DNA from: an uncultured delta proteobacterium
Lineage (GTDB): Bacteria > Desulfobacterota > Desulfomonilia > UBA1062
Assembly (NCBI GenBank): GCA_963752595.1
Contig: CAVVYZ010000005.1
Span: 96,001 to 160,000 of the forward strand
Reading direction: 5' to 3'
DNA: 64,000 nucleotides
This document shows positions 1 through 9,629 of the stretch, piece by piece; positions within the stretch are counted from its first letter, which is position 1; each line of letters begins with the position of its first letter. The position numbers and the translations under genes are program-made. The notes under the pieces were generated by a model. It was not told the DNA's origin and did not search any database. It saw only the letters and a program-made list of their open reading frames with translations.

Positions 1-589
1 GAGACTGGAGGGTAACGATCCTGTCTCCCGGGTTAATATACTGACCCGGATTGACCGAACCGATACCGAGCCTTCCGGCAAAGGGCGCACTCATTGTCTT
101 TTTATTTATCAGGGCGGCCTGCTGGGCAACGAGAGCCTGCTTGCTTTTCAGTTCGGCGGAGTCGATGTCCAGGGCAGCCTGGCTTATGGCCTGGGCTTCG
201 AGCTGTTTTCTGTCCCGCTCAAAAGTGGAGCGGGCAAGCCCCGCAGCAGCTTCCAGTGCCTGCAGCTGCGCGATGTCGGAATCCGCATTGAGCTTCACCA
301 GGACCTGGCCCGCCTTTACCTCATCGCCGGAGGTGAAGTGAACGCTTTTGACGAGGCCTGCGATCTCACTGGCCACCTCGACTCCGCGTACGGCCCTCAG
401 GCTGCCCACAGCCTTGATTTGAGGCTGCCAGGTATCGGTCGACGCTTTTTCCGCAGTCACGGTAACCGGCGGCATCTGGCCGGAAGACATGTATTTCTTC
501 ATCATGTTCGCCATGAAGGCCTTGTAGCCGAATATGCCGCCGAACAGAATCACGACGGCTGCCAGCATAATCACCATACGTTTGGTCAT
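1..589 (-). CDS. RND efflux periplasmic adaptor (membrane fusion protein), runs off window edge
   Basis: Not in ORF track. Hand translation from CAT at 587-589 gives MTKRMVIMLAAVVILFGG...AVGSLRAVRGVEVASEIAGLVKSVHFTSGDEVKAGQVL...APFAGRLG, with lipoyl-like MFP motifs. Lies downstream of the OM factor gene. Confidence 0.9.
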   Translation of the reverse strand, partial: MTKRMVIMLAAVVILFGGIFGYKAFMANMMKKYMSSGQMPPVTVTAEKASTDTWQPQIKAVGSLRAVRGVEVASEIAGLVKSVHFTSGDEVKAGQVLVKLNADSDIAQLQALEAAAGLARSTFERDRKQLEAQAISQAALDIDSAELKSKQALVAQQAALINKKTMSAPFAGRLGIGSVNPGQYINPGDRIVTLQS

Positions 590-655
590 CAGAAATCTCT
601 CCGTATCCTGGAAAATGAACCTCTACCGAGGTCCTTACACACTATGGACATGTTT

Positions 656-2170
656 CTATTCCTTCTTTGCCGCTGCCGGAGCCGTGTCTTGCGGGCGGTT
701 CCACCATCCACCGCCGAGCGCCTGGAACAGGGCCGCGGTATCGGCATAACGCAGGGCCTGGGCCTGAACGAGGCCGATCCTTGCCTGCTGCTCCTGCCGC
801 TGGGCGTTGAGCAGCGTCAGGTAGCTTACCGACCCGAGCTCGAACTGAATCCGGGCAAGGTCGAGGGTTTCTTTCGCTGCAGTCTCTGCCTCTGCCTGGG
901 CCTTCAGTGCCTGGGCATCCGCATCAAGTGCCCGCAGCACATCCGCCACGTCCTGGAAAGCCAGGAGAACGGTCTCCCGGTACTGCGCCTCTGCCTGGTC
1001 ATAGGCAGCGATAGAAGCCCTGCGAATGGCGGTGAGCTCGCCGCCGCGGAATACCGGCTGCAGCAGCCCTGCCCCAAGGTTCCAGAATGCCGAATTGGCG
1101 CCGAACAGATTGCCTGCCTTGATTGCCTGCGAACCGTAGGTGCCGCTCAAAGTAATCTGCGGGTAGAGATTCGCCGTGGCCACCCCGACCTGGGCGCTCG
1201 CACTGTGCAGGAGTGCTTCCGATGCAAGGATGTCGGGCCGCTGGCGTACGAATGACGACGGCAGGCTCACCGGCAGTTCCCGAGGCAGCGTAAAATCACT
1301 GAGGTCGAACTCGGGCAAGCCTGCCTGCCCGGGCAGGAGGCCTGCGAGGACAGAGAGCCGGTGGCGAATCTGATCGAGATCCTTTCCCAGAAGAGGAAGC
1401 GAGGCTTTGGTCTGGGCGAGCTGCGCCCTCTGCGCGAGCATATCGGCGCGCGATACAGCTCCAAGCTGCAGCTGGCGCTCGACGACGGCAAGCTGCTTTT
1501 CCTGGACATCCACGATGTCTCTCGTTGCCTTGATCTGTGCCCGGATTGAGGCCTCCTGCACCGCGGTAGTGACTATGTTCGAGGTGAGTGCGAGGTAGAC
1601 TCCTTCGAACTGGAATGCCTGGTAGTCGACCTGGGATTGCAGCGACTCCAGCTCACGCCTCATGCCGCCGAACAGATCAAGCGAATACGAGATACCCACC
1701 GACGCGTTATAGAGGGTAAAGGGACTGGTATCGGCATTCGGCTGTCTCGTGCCGGCACTCGAGCTCTTCTGCCTGGCGGCCGAGGTATTTGCATCCACAC
1801 GGGGGAGGTAGGATCCCTTCCCTGCAATCAGGTATTCTTTGGCCTGGCGCAGCGCCGCCTTTGATGCAGAAAGGGACGGGCTCCCCGCGAGCGCCTGACG
1901 GATCAGCCCATCCAGCTCCGGCGAACGATAGAGTTCCCACCACTGTCCAGGGATATCTTTTTTGAGGACAAAGCGCTGCTCAACGCCGCCGCCTGTGGGC
2001 GCTGCTGCGGTCTTTTCCGGCAGAGGCTTCACCGTGTAGGAGGAAGTGTCAGGGGCGGCAAGCGGCTTGAAATCAGGACCGACGGCACATCCGGCCAGGA
2101 GGGTACCTGCAAGTACAACAACGAGCCAGGATCTCAGTAACCAAAGATATGTTCTTTTCTTTCCTGCCAA
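656..2170 (-). CDS. RND efflux outer membrane factor lipoprotein (NodT/OprM/TolC family)
   Basis: Lipobox LAGC-AVGPDF, WWELY, RPDILASE and ALFQALGGGW motifs. Confidence 0.93.
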   Translation of the reverse strand: MAGKKRTYLWLLRSWLVVVLAGTLLAGCAVGPDFKPLAAPDTSSYTVKPLPEKTAAAPTGGGVEQRFVLKKDIPGQWWELYRSPELDGLIRQALAGSPSLSASKAALRQAKEYLIAGKGSYLPRVDANTSAARQKSSSAGTRQPNADTSPFTLYNASVGISYSLDLFGGMRRELESLQSQVDYQAFQFEGVYLALTSNIVTTAVQEASIRAQIKATRDIVDVQEKQLAVVERQLQLGAVSRADMLAQRAQLAQTKASLPLLGKDLDQIRHRLSVLAGLLPGQAGLPEFDLSDFTLPRELPVSLPSSFVRQRPDILASEALLHSASAQVGVATANLYPQITLSGTYGSQAIKAGNLFGANSAFWNLGAGLLQPVFRGGELTAIRRASIAAYDQAEAQYRETVLLAFQDVADVLRALDADAQALKAQAEAETAAKETLDLARIQFELGSVSYLTLLNAQRQEQQARIGLVQAQALRYADTAALFQALGGGWWNRPQDTAPAAAKKE

Positions 2171-2198
2171 GAACTACTCTCCTCTTATCTGTGATGGA

Positions 2199-2879
2199 TC
2201 AGCGATCGGGAAGGGCCTGGAAATCTTCCGTGTAATAACGGCGGATAACTTCTTCCTTCAGACCGATGCCGCGCAGCAGAAACCATACGATTTCCCTGAC
2301 GAGCTCTTTGCGTGCAATACCATAATCGATGACAGGGGTAGGCGGCAGCAGATCGGCCATGAGTATGAAGGTCAGACGATCCGCGAACCAGGCGCGCAGA
2401 TGAAGCGGCACCGGGCTGTCCACGATATCTCCGGATGCGACGGCTGCTTGTATATTTTTTTCGAGATTCGGGATCAGCAGTCTTTGAGGTTTCGAGAGTA
2501 CCAGGTGCGCAAACTCGCCATCCCCTGCCAGGCTCCTGAGATAAATCCGGGTTATGTCATCAAGCTCATCCGGGTGATCGGACAAGAGCGTGGAGACCAG
2601 GTTGTGTATAATCATGATGAGATTCGAGGTCGAAGGTTCGGATGACAGGTTTTCCCGGATCTTATCCGGCAGCTTTGCTTCGATGGAAGCCAGCATGGCA
2701 CGGTGGATGGCCTCTTTGTTGGGGAAATGCTTGAACAGCAGGCCCTCCGATATTCCTGCAGCCTGAGCCAGCTCGCGGGTCGTGGCACCTTCAAGGCCTT
2801 TGTGCGCGAACAGCTCCCGGACCCGCGTGATGATCAGCTTCTGCCTTTCATCTGATGGCATTCTGGTTTTAGTGCCCAT
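2199..2879 (-). CDS. TetR/AcrR family regulator of the efflux operon
   Basis: N-terminal HTH: LFAHKGLEGATTRELAQAAGISEGLLFKHFPNKE. Confidence 0.93.
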   Translation of the reverse strand: MGTKTRMPSDERQKLIITRVRELFAHKGLEGATTRELAQAAGISEGLLFKHFPNKEAIHRAMLASIEAKLPDKIRENLSSEPSTSNLIMIIHNLVSTLLSDHPDELDDITRIYLRSLAGDGEFAHLVLSKPQRLLIPNLEKNIQAAVASGDIVDSPVPLHLRAWFADRLTFILMADLLPPTPVIDYGIARKELVREIVWFLLRGIGLKEEVIRRYYTEDFQALPDR

Positions 2880-2888
2880 GGAACCGGC

Positions 2889-2917
2889 TATTTAGCAAGT
2901 ACTTACTTACCTGTCAA
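2889..2917 (-). promoter_or_regulatory. Putative sigma70 promoter of the tetR-efflux operon, with a possible operator in the spacer
   Basis: Minus strand reads TTGACA-17 nt-TAAATA about 10 nt before the ATG. The spacer contains the palindrome AAGTACTT. The -10 box is imperfect. Confidence 0.4.
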
Positions 2918-3020
2918 TGCCGAATGTTCCCCCTTAAATTCTCTCATAAAACTTATGATCACACCCAATAAGGGGTAACCCCTTAAGCCGGGATGCGCGG
3001 AATCATCTGATTGAGGTATC

Positions 3021-3254
3021 TCAATCAACGTCAATGATAACACCGCACTGTTCACACCGGTAGCGGGTCTTTCCATCCTCTGATGTGCCGGTTTCTTCAA
3101 AGTCGAAATTTTTCCTGCCGTGCGCCTCATAGCACTCAGGGCAATGACTGCCCTTAAGTTCTTCAGCAGTGATGGTCAAATGACACTGCCGGCACCGCAG
3201 CTTGTGTGTGGCCTGGGGTAAAAGAACCAGGTGTAGATGCCTGCAGGAGCTCAT
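3021..3254 (-). CDS. Small zinc-ribbon protein
   Basis: 77 aa with three CxxC motifs (CRQC, CPEC, CEQC); AGAAGGGA RBS upstream. Confidence 0.7.
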   Translation of the reverse strand: MSSCRHLHLVLLPQATHKLRCRQCHLTITAEELKGSHCPECYEAHGRKNFDFEETGTSEDGKTRYRCEQCGVIIDVD

Positions 3255-3396
3255 AACGTATCCCTTCTGAAAAGAATCACTCTCGTGATCAAATAACCTG
3301 TCTGAATACCTGATCGCTGTAACTTTCTATTATGCATCTTCGGATTTTTCAATATTTGCGCCCTCAGCGACCTCAAAGAATCATATTTGTCTGAGC

Positions 3397-3986
3397 TCAA
3401 ATTCGAAGGTGCTGACAACCCGGTTTTTTCAATGGCATACTGGTAGGGCTATAGGGTGCAGATTCATCATTTCCATCACTTCCGAAAATCCGGATTGTAC
3501 CCTGGTTGGCAGAGCGGATCTTGCCGACTCGTGCACCGGAATCTGAGGCAAACTGCTGGGCCGTCATGCGTGCATTCTTTGTAGCGTCGGCGAGGAGCTG
3601 AGGCCGCAGGGCATTAAAGGCAGTGATGACATATCGGGGATCGGCTGTCCCTCCTTCCTGTTGGCCGTCCAGGACTACGCCGGACTTGAGCAGCTCTTCG
3701 GTTGTCCCCACTGCTTTTGTCACGAGGTCGACCTTTGAAGTTGCCACAACCAGATTGCCCGGTCTGCCTTAACCTCTTTTTCCACCAATCCCTTGACAGT
3801 AACCGTTCGAGTATCAGACTTAAAGCGTGCAGCGCCCTTCCCAATGAAGTATCCTCCGAGCGTAAGCCCGGCGAGAAGACATACACCCACGATCATTGCT
3901 GCCACCAGCATGCTATGGTTTCTATCAGATGTCATACTGTTCGCTCCTCCTTCCGGAGTTATCCCATGTCCAACGGCACAGATCAC
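3397..3986 (-). pseudogene. SIMPL (DUF541) domain protein, split and apparently internally deleted
   Basis: ORF 3720-3986 has RTVTVKGLVEKEVKADRAIW; ORF 3397-3747 has LLADATKNARMTAQQFASDSGARVGKIRSANQG. The middle is shorter than usual. Confidence 0.75.
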
Positions 3987-4104
3987 CCGGCACCTGCAAG
4001 CATAAATTATTTGTTAAGATCTCAATATACACTTTTCACAGGAACAGGGAAACGCCCGTCTATCGCAGCTATGTTCACTCTCAACGCGGTGAATCTCAAC
4101 AGTT

Positions 4105-4788
4105 CTACAGCTTTGCCACATATACAATGTGCCGCAATCCTCCGTGGCCCGGCCGCGAGGTGCTCACGCGAAATCCGGCCCTGCACAGACGTTTGTCGAA
4201 CGCGCTGTCATAGTTCTCGCCCCACACAGCAAAGACACCGCCCGGTTTGAGCGCGGTGCGCGTCCACTCAATGGCGCGGCTGCCGTAGAACGGGTCGTCG
4301 CGCTTGTGGGACGCGGCGTGGGGACCGGTGTAGAGGTCCAGGATAATGGCATCGAAGCCTTCGGCGGCCTTGCGAATGAGGTCGGTCACATCGGCAATCT
4401 CGACATTGACGCGCGCATCTGATACGGCGCCCTGTGTGAGCCCTGCCAAAGGACCCCGACACCATTTCAGCACCACGGGATTGATCTCGGCCACGATGAC
4501 CCGGGCCGTGGCAGGCAGCGTATCAAGAGCAGCTTTGAGCGTGAACCCCATTCCCAGACCGCCCAGCAGAACGCGTGGGAACGCCTGCTGCCGGAGATGG
4601 CTGCATGCAATCCGGCCCAGGGCAACCTCAGAGCGATTCGCCGCACTGTTCATCAGCACCTGAGTGCCGAGCTTGATGAGAAAATCCCGTTCACCCCGTT
4701 GGCGCAGCTCAAGGACCCCATCCGTGGTGGATATGCTCTCGATGGTTTTCCAGGGTTGTGTCATGGGCGTTCCTGATACCTTTTTCAC
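4105..4788 (-). CDS. Spermidine synthase-like SAM-dependent methyltransferase
   Basis: VLLGGLGMGFT, VAEINP, FDAIILD and LKPGGVFAVW motifs. Confidence 0.85.
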   Translation of the reverse strand: MKKVSGTPMTQPWKTIESISTTDGVLELRQRGERDFLIKLGTQVLMNSAANRSEVALGRIACSHLRQQAFPRVLLGGLGMGFTLKAALDTLPATARVIVAEINPVVLKWCRGPLAGLTQGAVSDARVNVEIADVTDLIRKAAEGFDAIILDLYTGPHAASHKRDDPFYGSRAIEWTRTALKPGGVFAVWGENYDSAFDKRLCRAGFRVSTSRPGHGGLRHIVYVAKL

Positions 4789-4874
4789 CCGTTATACACG
4801 AACAACAGGCATTGTAAACATCCTGCCGGAGCACATAAAAACACTCTGCAGTGGAACCATTGGGGGCCGCGACT

Positions 4875-6182
4875 GGTTAAGTCTCTATAGTTCTGTAAAA
4901 AGGTAAAACGAGCCAAGAGCAACTCCGATAAAGCGAAGTGACCAAACAAACGCTTGAAGGAGGAGCAGATGGCTCGCAGGGAAGATGATAAGGATTTATT
5001 GGGTATTTGGCAAGAGGCGACGGTGCAAGGAGACGATGGTTTGCGGAGAGTAATGGAATCGGCAATACAAAGGATCCTTGAAGAAGAACTGACCTCATTT
5101 CTCCAGGCAGAGACTCAGGAACGGGTACAAGCCGAGGGCATTGATGACCCGGCTGGGACGGATGGAGCTTCTGGTGCCCAAGGACCGGGAAGGCCGGTTT
5201 CAGACCGAACTCTTCGATCGATATCAAAGGAATGAGAAGGCATTGATGCTGTCATTGGTAGAGATGTACGTGCACGGGGTATCGACCCGGAAGGTCAAAG
5301 CAGTTACCGAGGCCTTGTGCGGATTAGACATATCGAAGAGTCAGGTATCCCGGTTGGCGAAAGACCTGGACGAGGAAGTAAAGGCATGGAGAAGTCGTCC
5401 ATTGAAGAAGTCCTATCCGTATCTGGTGGTGGACGCCCGATATGAGAGGATAAGAATCAATCATCAGGTATTACCGCAGGGTGTTCTTCTGGTAGTGGGC
5501 ATAGGAGAGGATGGGTATCGTGAGATCCTGGGCACCTGGGTAGCCGATTCCGAGAACGAGGCGAGCTGGTCTGAGGTATTCAAGGAACTCAAGGAAAGAG
5601 GCCTCAATGGTGTACGGTATGTGGTGTCTGATGATCATGCCGGTCTTGTTAAAGCCATTGGAAGGCACTTTCAGGGTTGTCTGTGGCAGCGATGCCAGGT
5701 TCATTTTCTCCGCAACATCATTTCTCAGGTCAGCAAGAAGGATCGGCCCAGGATCATAGAGATGGTCAGGGACATCACGGCTGCACAGAGCTATGAGATT
5801 GCCCGTAAGCGGATGGATGAGGTCATCGAGGCCTTGGAGAAGACTCATCCAAAGGTATCTCAGATGCTCGACGAGCATGGAGAAGAGATTCTTTCTGTCT
5901 ACCAACTGCCTCTCCATCACCGGAGATCGATGAAATCCACGAACATGCTGGAGCGGTACAATCAGGAACTGAAGCGCAGAACTAGGGTAGTTCGCATTTT
6001 TCCTCATCAGGAATCCTGCCTCAGACTGGTGACTGCCATGGCCATGGAAATGAGTGAAGAATGGATGGTCCGCCGATACCTCATCTTCGAAGATGGGGTA
6101 TCGGATAAGAACATAAAAGATCAGCTGGCTGCTTAATGCTTATGTCGGAGATTGCAATTTACAGACAATCGGGGACTTGACT
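4875..6182 (+). mobile_element. IS256-family insertion sequence
   Basis: 8-bp direct repeat CCGCGACT at 4867-4874 and 6183-6190. Imperfect 25-bp terminal IRs (GGTTAAGTCTCTATAGTTCTGTAAA vs revcomp AGTCAAGTCCCCGATTGTCTGTAAA, 16/25 identical). Encodes a Mutator-type transposase. Confidence 0.95.
4969..6136 (+). pseudogene. IS256 DDE transposase, frameshifted by an apparent deletion near 5112
   Basis: Motifs VPKDREG, GVSTRKV, VVDA, VVSDDHAGL, WQRCQVHF and STNMLERYNQELKRR. The N-terminal part (ATG 4969, GGAG RBS) is out of frame with RNGYKPR...TRLG. Confidence 0.88.
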
Positions 6183-6257
6183 CCGCGACTCAAAATTCAA
6201 CAAAGTTGATGCCCTCAATCCTACTAAATAATTGTCGCTGAATTACGATTATCATCC

Positions 6258-6635
6258 GAGGCTGTCGGAAAAGTCCGAAGACTTCTTATGGAATATTTCC
6301 TAATAATTTCTTGCTAATGCCATTATAGCCTATTTCATGTGAGAAGGACCTCATCATCTATTTGAGCAGGGGGGAGCAGAGCTTTCGGCGTAGCCGGAAT
6401 GTGACAGCGGCAGCCGCTCTTGCTGAGGAACCTTATTGAAAGGTATATTAACCGTATGAAACATTTCAGATCCCTCGCAACTCGGTATGATAAATCAGCT
6501 TCAAGCTATCGGACCTTGTGGACCATTGGTGCTATACTCCTATGTCTCTAGCTTTTACTTTGCGTACAGCACCTAGATCATTCTGTGAGGTCGTTTTCTG
6601 ATCACCATTGATCATTTTACTTTTTCGACAGTCTC
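6258..6635. mobile_element. Divergent relative of the 147-bp MITE, interrupted by an IS5 remnant
   Basis: Termini GAGGCTGTCGGAAAAG and CTTTTTCGACAGTCTC are inverted repeats. Internal CATTCTGTGAGGTCGTTTT is shared with the MITE. Confidence 0.7.
6426..6576 (+). pseudogene. IS5-family transposase C-terminal remnant and right end
   Basis: Hand translation RNLIERYINRMKHFRSLATRYDKSASSY... matches the RN.IER...K.FR..ATRYDK motif. Ends ...CAGCACCTAG. Confidence 0.8.
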
Positions 6636-6694
6636 TATAGATATCTGCACATTATCCTATTCATCCTATTCAAGAAATAGCTCATATCTTCATG

Positions 6695-6841
6695 GAGGCT
6701 GTTGAAAAACTCCGGGAAGTGCAAAAACTATCAAATCGGGACCATCAAAACACAAGCCTCGATCAATAAATTTCCAATGTCGGGCATTCTGTGAGGTCGT
6801 TTTTTTGTCACTTTTCAACCTTTTAGTTTTTCAACAACCTC
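6695..6841. mobile_element. 147-bp MITE, copy 1
   Basis: TIRs GAGGCTGTTGAAAAACT / AGTTTTTCAACAACCTC, no ORF. Identical by eye to 10650-10796. Confidence 0.9.
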
Positions 6842-6900
6842 ATGGGATATCTGTAGTACTAGTCAACGCTGGAAGGTTCAAAGTATATCAATTTTAATGA

Positions 6901-6968
6901 ATATGTCTGTAATAAGTGTTATACATAAATATATGCAGAATTAATTCTGCATGTCCATTGTTCGAATC
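6901..6968 (+). promoter_or_regulatory. attI-like region and first cassette recombination point (G|TTCGAAT at 6960), with a perfect 20-bp palindrome
   Basis: GTTCGAA (6960-6966) is complementary to R'' TTCGAAC of the first attC. AT-rich upstream. ATGCAGAATTAATTCTGCAT palindrome at 6933-6952. Confidence 0.5.
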
Positions 6969-6981
6969 ATAGGAGTATAGC

Positions 6982-7611
6982 GTGGGATACACTAAAAAGG
7001 ACTGGGTAGCACGAATCCGCGAACGTACAGATATGAGCACCCTCTTGACTCATCTGACCAAAGAGGGTCCGGATGGTAAAATTTCTAGGGAGGTCCTTCT
7101 TAAGATATTACTTGAGCAACGGCTCATAGGGAGTACAAGTACTCAAGGATTCATTTGCGGTGACACTCCTGCGGTATGCTTCCAAGATGCTCCTCTTTAC
7201 TCGATTGCTCAGAACACGCTATTCGAGCAGAAGATGCGCCAAGATCGCAAATCATCAGTTGTCCGCTATAGGCCTCTTGGGTTAGCTTTCCCCAAACCAT
7301 ATCTCTACATGAAAGGGGCACGGCCAGTTGTGTACGATGATACCGAAAATGCAAAGAGGTTTCTCCCAAGAAATGAATGGTGGCGCATCGTTCGGCTTGA
7401 TCTTTCAAATGAGAATGCCTTCGTGGATTGGACTCATGAACGTGAGTGGCGGCTTCCTGGAAATCTTGAATTCAACTTGAGCGAGGTTACTTTACTCGCA
7501 GTCGACAATGAGGCAGTGAGTAATATCGCTGCGCTATATATGAAGGAAACTGGCAGGGAGATTAGAGACGAGATCGGAGGCATAGTGACCATGCGAGATG
7601 TTCTCTACTGA
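6982..7611 (+). CDS. AbiGi/DUF2971-like protein with ADP-ribosyltransferase-like motif order; putative phage defence, cassette 1
   Basis: THLT...AVCFQDAP...RY..LGLAF...GARPVVY...DWTHEREWR. GTG start with AGGAG RBS just after the GTT site. Confidence 0.65.
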   Translation: MGYTKKDWVARIRERTDMSTLLTHLTKEGPDGKISREVLLKILLEQRLIGSTSTQGFICGDTPAVCFQDAPLYSIAQNTLFEQKMRQDRKSSVVRYRPLGLAFPKPYLYMKGARPVVYDDTENAKRFLPRNEWWRIVRLDLSNENAFVDWTHEREWRLPGNLEFNLSEVTLLAVDNEAVSNIAALYMKETGREIRDEIGGIVTMRDVLY

Positions 7612-7624
7612 TTAGGACTGGAGG

Positions 7625-7681
7625 TTCGAACAAGCTAATTCAGCGGACGGCTTACATCCGCCGCTGATCCGCACGTTCGAT
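7625..7681 (+). other. Integron attC site 1
   Basis: TTCGAAC-5 nt-AATTCAGCGGACGG...CCGCCGCTGATC-5 nt-GTTCGAT. R''/R' pairing is TCGAAC/GTTCGA, and the L''/L' stem has two unpaired bases. Confidence 0.85.
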
Positions 7682-7721
7682 GCATGAGAAAAAGATACTG
7701 CCAGGCTTATGGAGGTGACCA

Positions 7722-9023
7722 GTGTCAGTAGCCGATATGTTTTCCGAGTTCATTGCCAATCTTGCGATCGACAACTCTGAAACGATCAGCTCACGTTACG
7801 GTGAACTGACCACGGCACTAAACAAGGCATTCCGGGACACAGAGTCGAAGACTGCAAACACGCTTCAAGTTGGATCGTTCGGAAGGAAAACTGGCATCAA
7901 AGGTATTTCCGACTTGGATATGCTTTATCTCATGCCCAAGTCAAAGTGGGACGCCTACAAAGACTCTAAGCAGCTCAAGCTTCTTCAGGATGTGAAGACA
8001 GCCATTCTCAATCGATATCCAAAAACTGACGTTCAGGTTGATCGGCTTGTAGTAACCGTCACCTACACGAACTTTTACGTAGAGGTGCAGCCCGTATTCG
8101 AGCAAGATGATGGAAGCTTTAAGTATCCTGACACGAAGAATGGAGGCGTATGGAAGACCACCAAACCACGAGAGGAAATGAATGCTATTGCAGAATTGGA
8201 CACGTGGAAGAACTCAAACCTTCGTCGACTCTGCAAAATGGCTCGCGCATGGAGGAATAAGCATGGTGCCGGAATGGGGGGCCTCCTTATCGACACGCTT
8301 GCATACAATTTTCTTAAGTCGACAAGCGAGTATGATACAAAGAGTTTCCTTTACTATGATGAACTCAGCCGGGATTTCTTCGAATATCTCTCTGAACTCC
8401 CCAAGCAAGACCGCTACGACGCTCCCGGAAGCAAGCAGCATGTCAAAGTCAAGAAAGCATTCCAACGAAAAGCAGCGAAAGCATATCGCCTCTGCGTCAA
8501 GGCAATTGAGGCGGAAGGCACAAAGGGCGTTAACGATAAGTGGAAGAAAGTATTTGGACGCCCATTCCCCGCTAACGCCGAACTGACAAAAGAGGTCGTC
8601 CTCGCGAATAGCACAGCGACTTGGGACGATACTGAGGAATTTATTGAAGACCGATACCCCGTCGACATCCGCTACACACTTAAGATTGACTGCGACGTAA
8701 AACAGAACGGCTTCCGCGAGGACCGCTTAAGCGCGATGCTCGCAAAGATGATTCCTTTGCTAGCGAAGAAAACACTCGAGTTCGAGATTGTGCAGATAGA
8801 TGTGCCAGGGAAGTATTCGATTGAATGGAAGGTTCTTAACAGAGGAGAGGAAGCCCGCAGGCGTAACAAAATAAGAGGGCAAATTGTCCGTGATGATGGA
8901 TCTCACACGAAGATTGAACCAACCTCTTTCAAAGGCGACCACGTTGTCGAGTGTTATGCAATAAAGAATGGAGTGGTTGTAGCGAAAGATCGAATCCACG
9001 TGCCAATCAGTACAAACGGTTAA
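7722..9023 (+). CDS. SMODS/CD-NTase (cGAS/DncV-like) nucleotidyltransferase with C-terminal AGS-C domain
   Basis: GSFGRKTGIKGISDLDM (GS...DxD), VEVQP, YPDT..GG.W..TKP and LCKMARAW motifs. C-terminal WKVLNRGEEA...RGQI...EPTSFKGDHVVECY is the AGS-C signature. Confidence 0.92.
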   Translation: MSVADMFSEFIANLAIDNSETISSRYGELTTALNKAFRDTESKTANTLQVGSFGRKTGIKGISDLDMLYLMPKSKWDAYKDSKQLKLLQDVKTAILNRYPKTDVQVDRLVVTVTYTNFYVEVQPVFEQDDGSFKYPDTKNGGVWKTTKPREEMNAIAELDTWKNSNLRRLCKMARAWRNKHGAGMGGLLIDTLAYNFLKSTSEYDTKSFLYYDELSRDFFEYLSELPKQDRYDAPGSKQHVKVKKAFQRKAAKAYRLCVKAIEAEGTKGVNDKWKKVFGRPFPANAELTKEVVLANSTATWDDTEEFIEDRYPVDIRYTLKIDCDVKQNGFREDRLSAMLAKMIPLLAKKTLEFEIVQIDVPGKYSIEWKVLNRGEEARRRNKIRGQIVRDDGSHTKIEPTSFKGDHVVECYAIKNGVVVAKDRIHVPISTNG

Positions 9024-9027
9024 TGCC

Positions 9028-9603
9028 ATGAAGAAAGAAGACATCCTTAGAAACATAGCCGAAACAGGGTATAATGTAGGCTTTGGTGCGAAGAAACACT
9101 TCGCTACGTACGACATTGTGGCAAAAGTTCCTGGTCTAATTGGTTTTGCATCGACTGCAGTTGGTATCTTCGCCCTCTTTATAGATTTTCTCTCCACGAA
9201 GCATCTATCCGCTGCGTTTATAGTCTTTGGTGTTGCGGGACTTTTCATCAGCCATTACGACCATAAAAAGCAGAGCTATGCGGACGCAGGAAGCGAACTT
9301 ACCGTACTATTTAACCGACTAAAGGCGCTTTATTTCAACGTAAAGGGGACCGATGCGCGCGATCTCAACGAGTTCGAAAATGAGCTGGTGAATATTGAAC
9401 ATGATTATTACGCTAAATGTATAAGCGAGCAGATCCTCTTTAGTGATTGGTATGCTCACTACAAGTTCTTCTGGCAGCACCAAATTGGTTGGATCGAAGA
9501 GCAGAAGCGATTTCGGTTCTTTCGCGATAAGGTACCGCTTAGCCTTATGGTGACGATTCTTTTTGTGGTGATCGTATCTGGTTTGGTTATCTGGTTGGGT
9601 TAA
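9028..9603 (+). CDS. SLATT-family transmembrane effector (CBASS-type)
   Basis: YNVGFGAKKHF motif, two N-terminal TM helices and a C-terminal TM. Starts 4 nt after the CD-NTase stop. Confidence 0.85.
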   Translation: MKKEDILRNIAETGYNVGFGAKKHFATYDIVAKVPGLIGFASTAVGIFALFIDFLSTKHLSAAFIVFGVAGLFISHYDHKKQSYADAGSELTVLFNRLKALYFNVKGTDARDLNEFENELVNIEHDYYAKCISEQILFSDWYAHYKFFWQHQIGWIEEQKRFRFFRDKVPLSLMVTILFVVIVSGLVIWLG

Positions 9604-9629
9604 AAAAACCATTAACGGTTCATAGAGCG

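Noticed and set aside
338-1255. Long antisense ORFs (also 18073-18810, 31091-31873, 35243-36352, 45055-45696 and others)
   Set aside because: Shadow ORFs opposite well-supported genes in GC-rich DNA, with no motifs.
6183-6960. Integron integrase or tyrosine recombinase remnant
   Set aside because: No recognisable HxLRH or other recombinase motif was found; only IS and MITE fragments.
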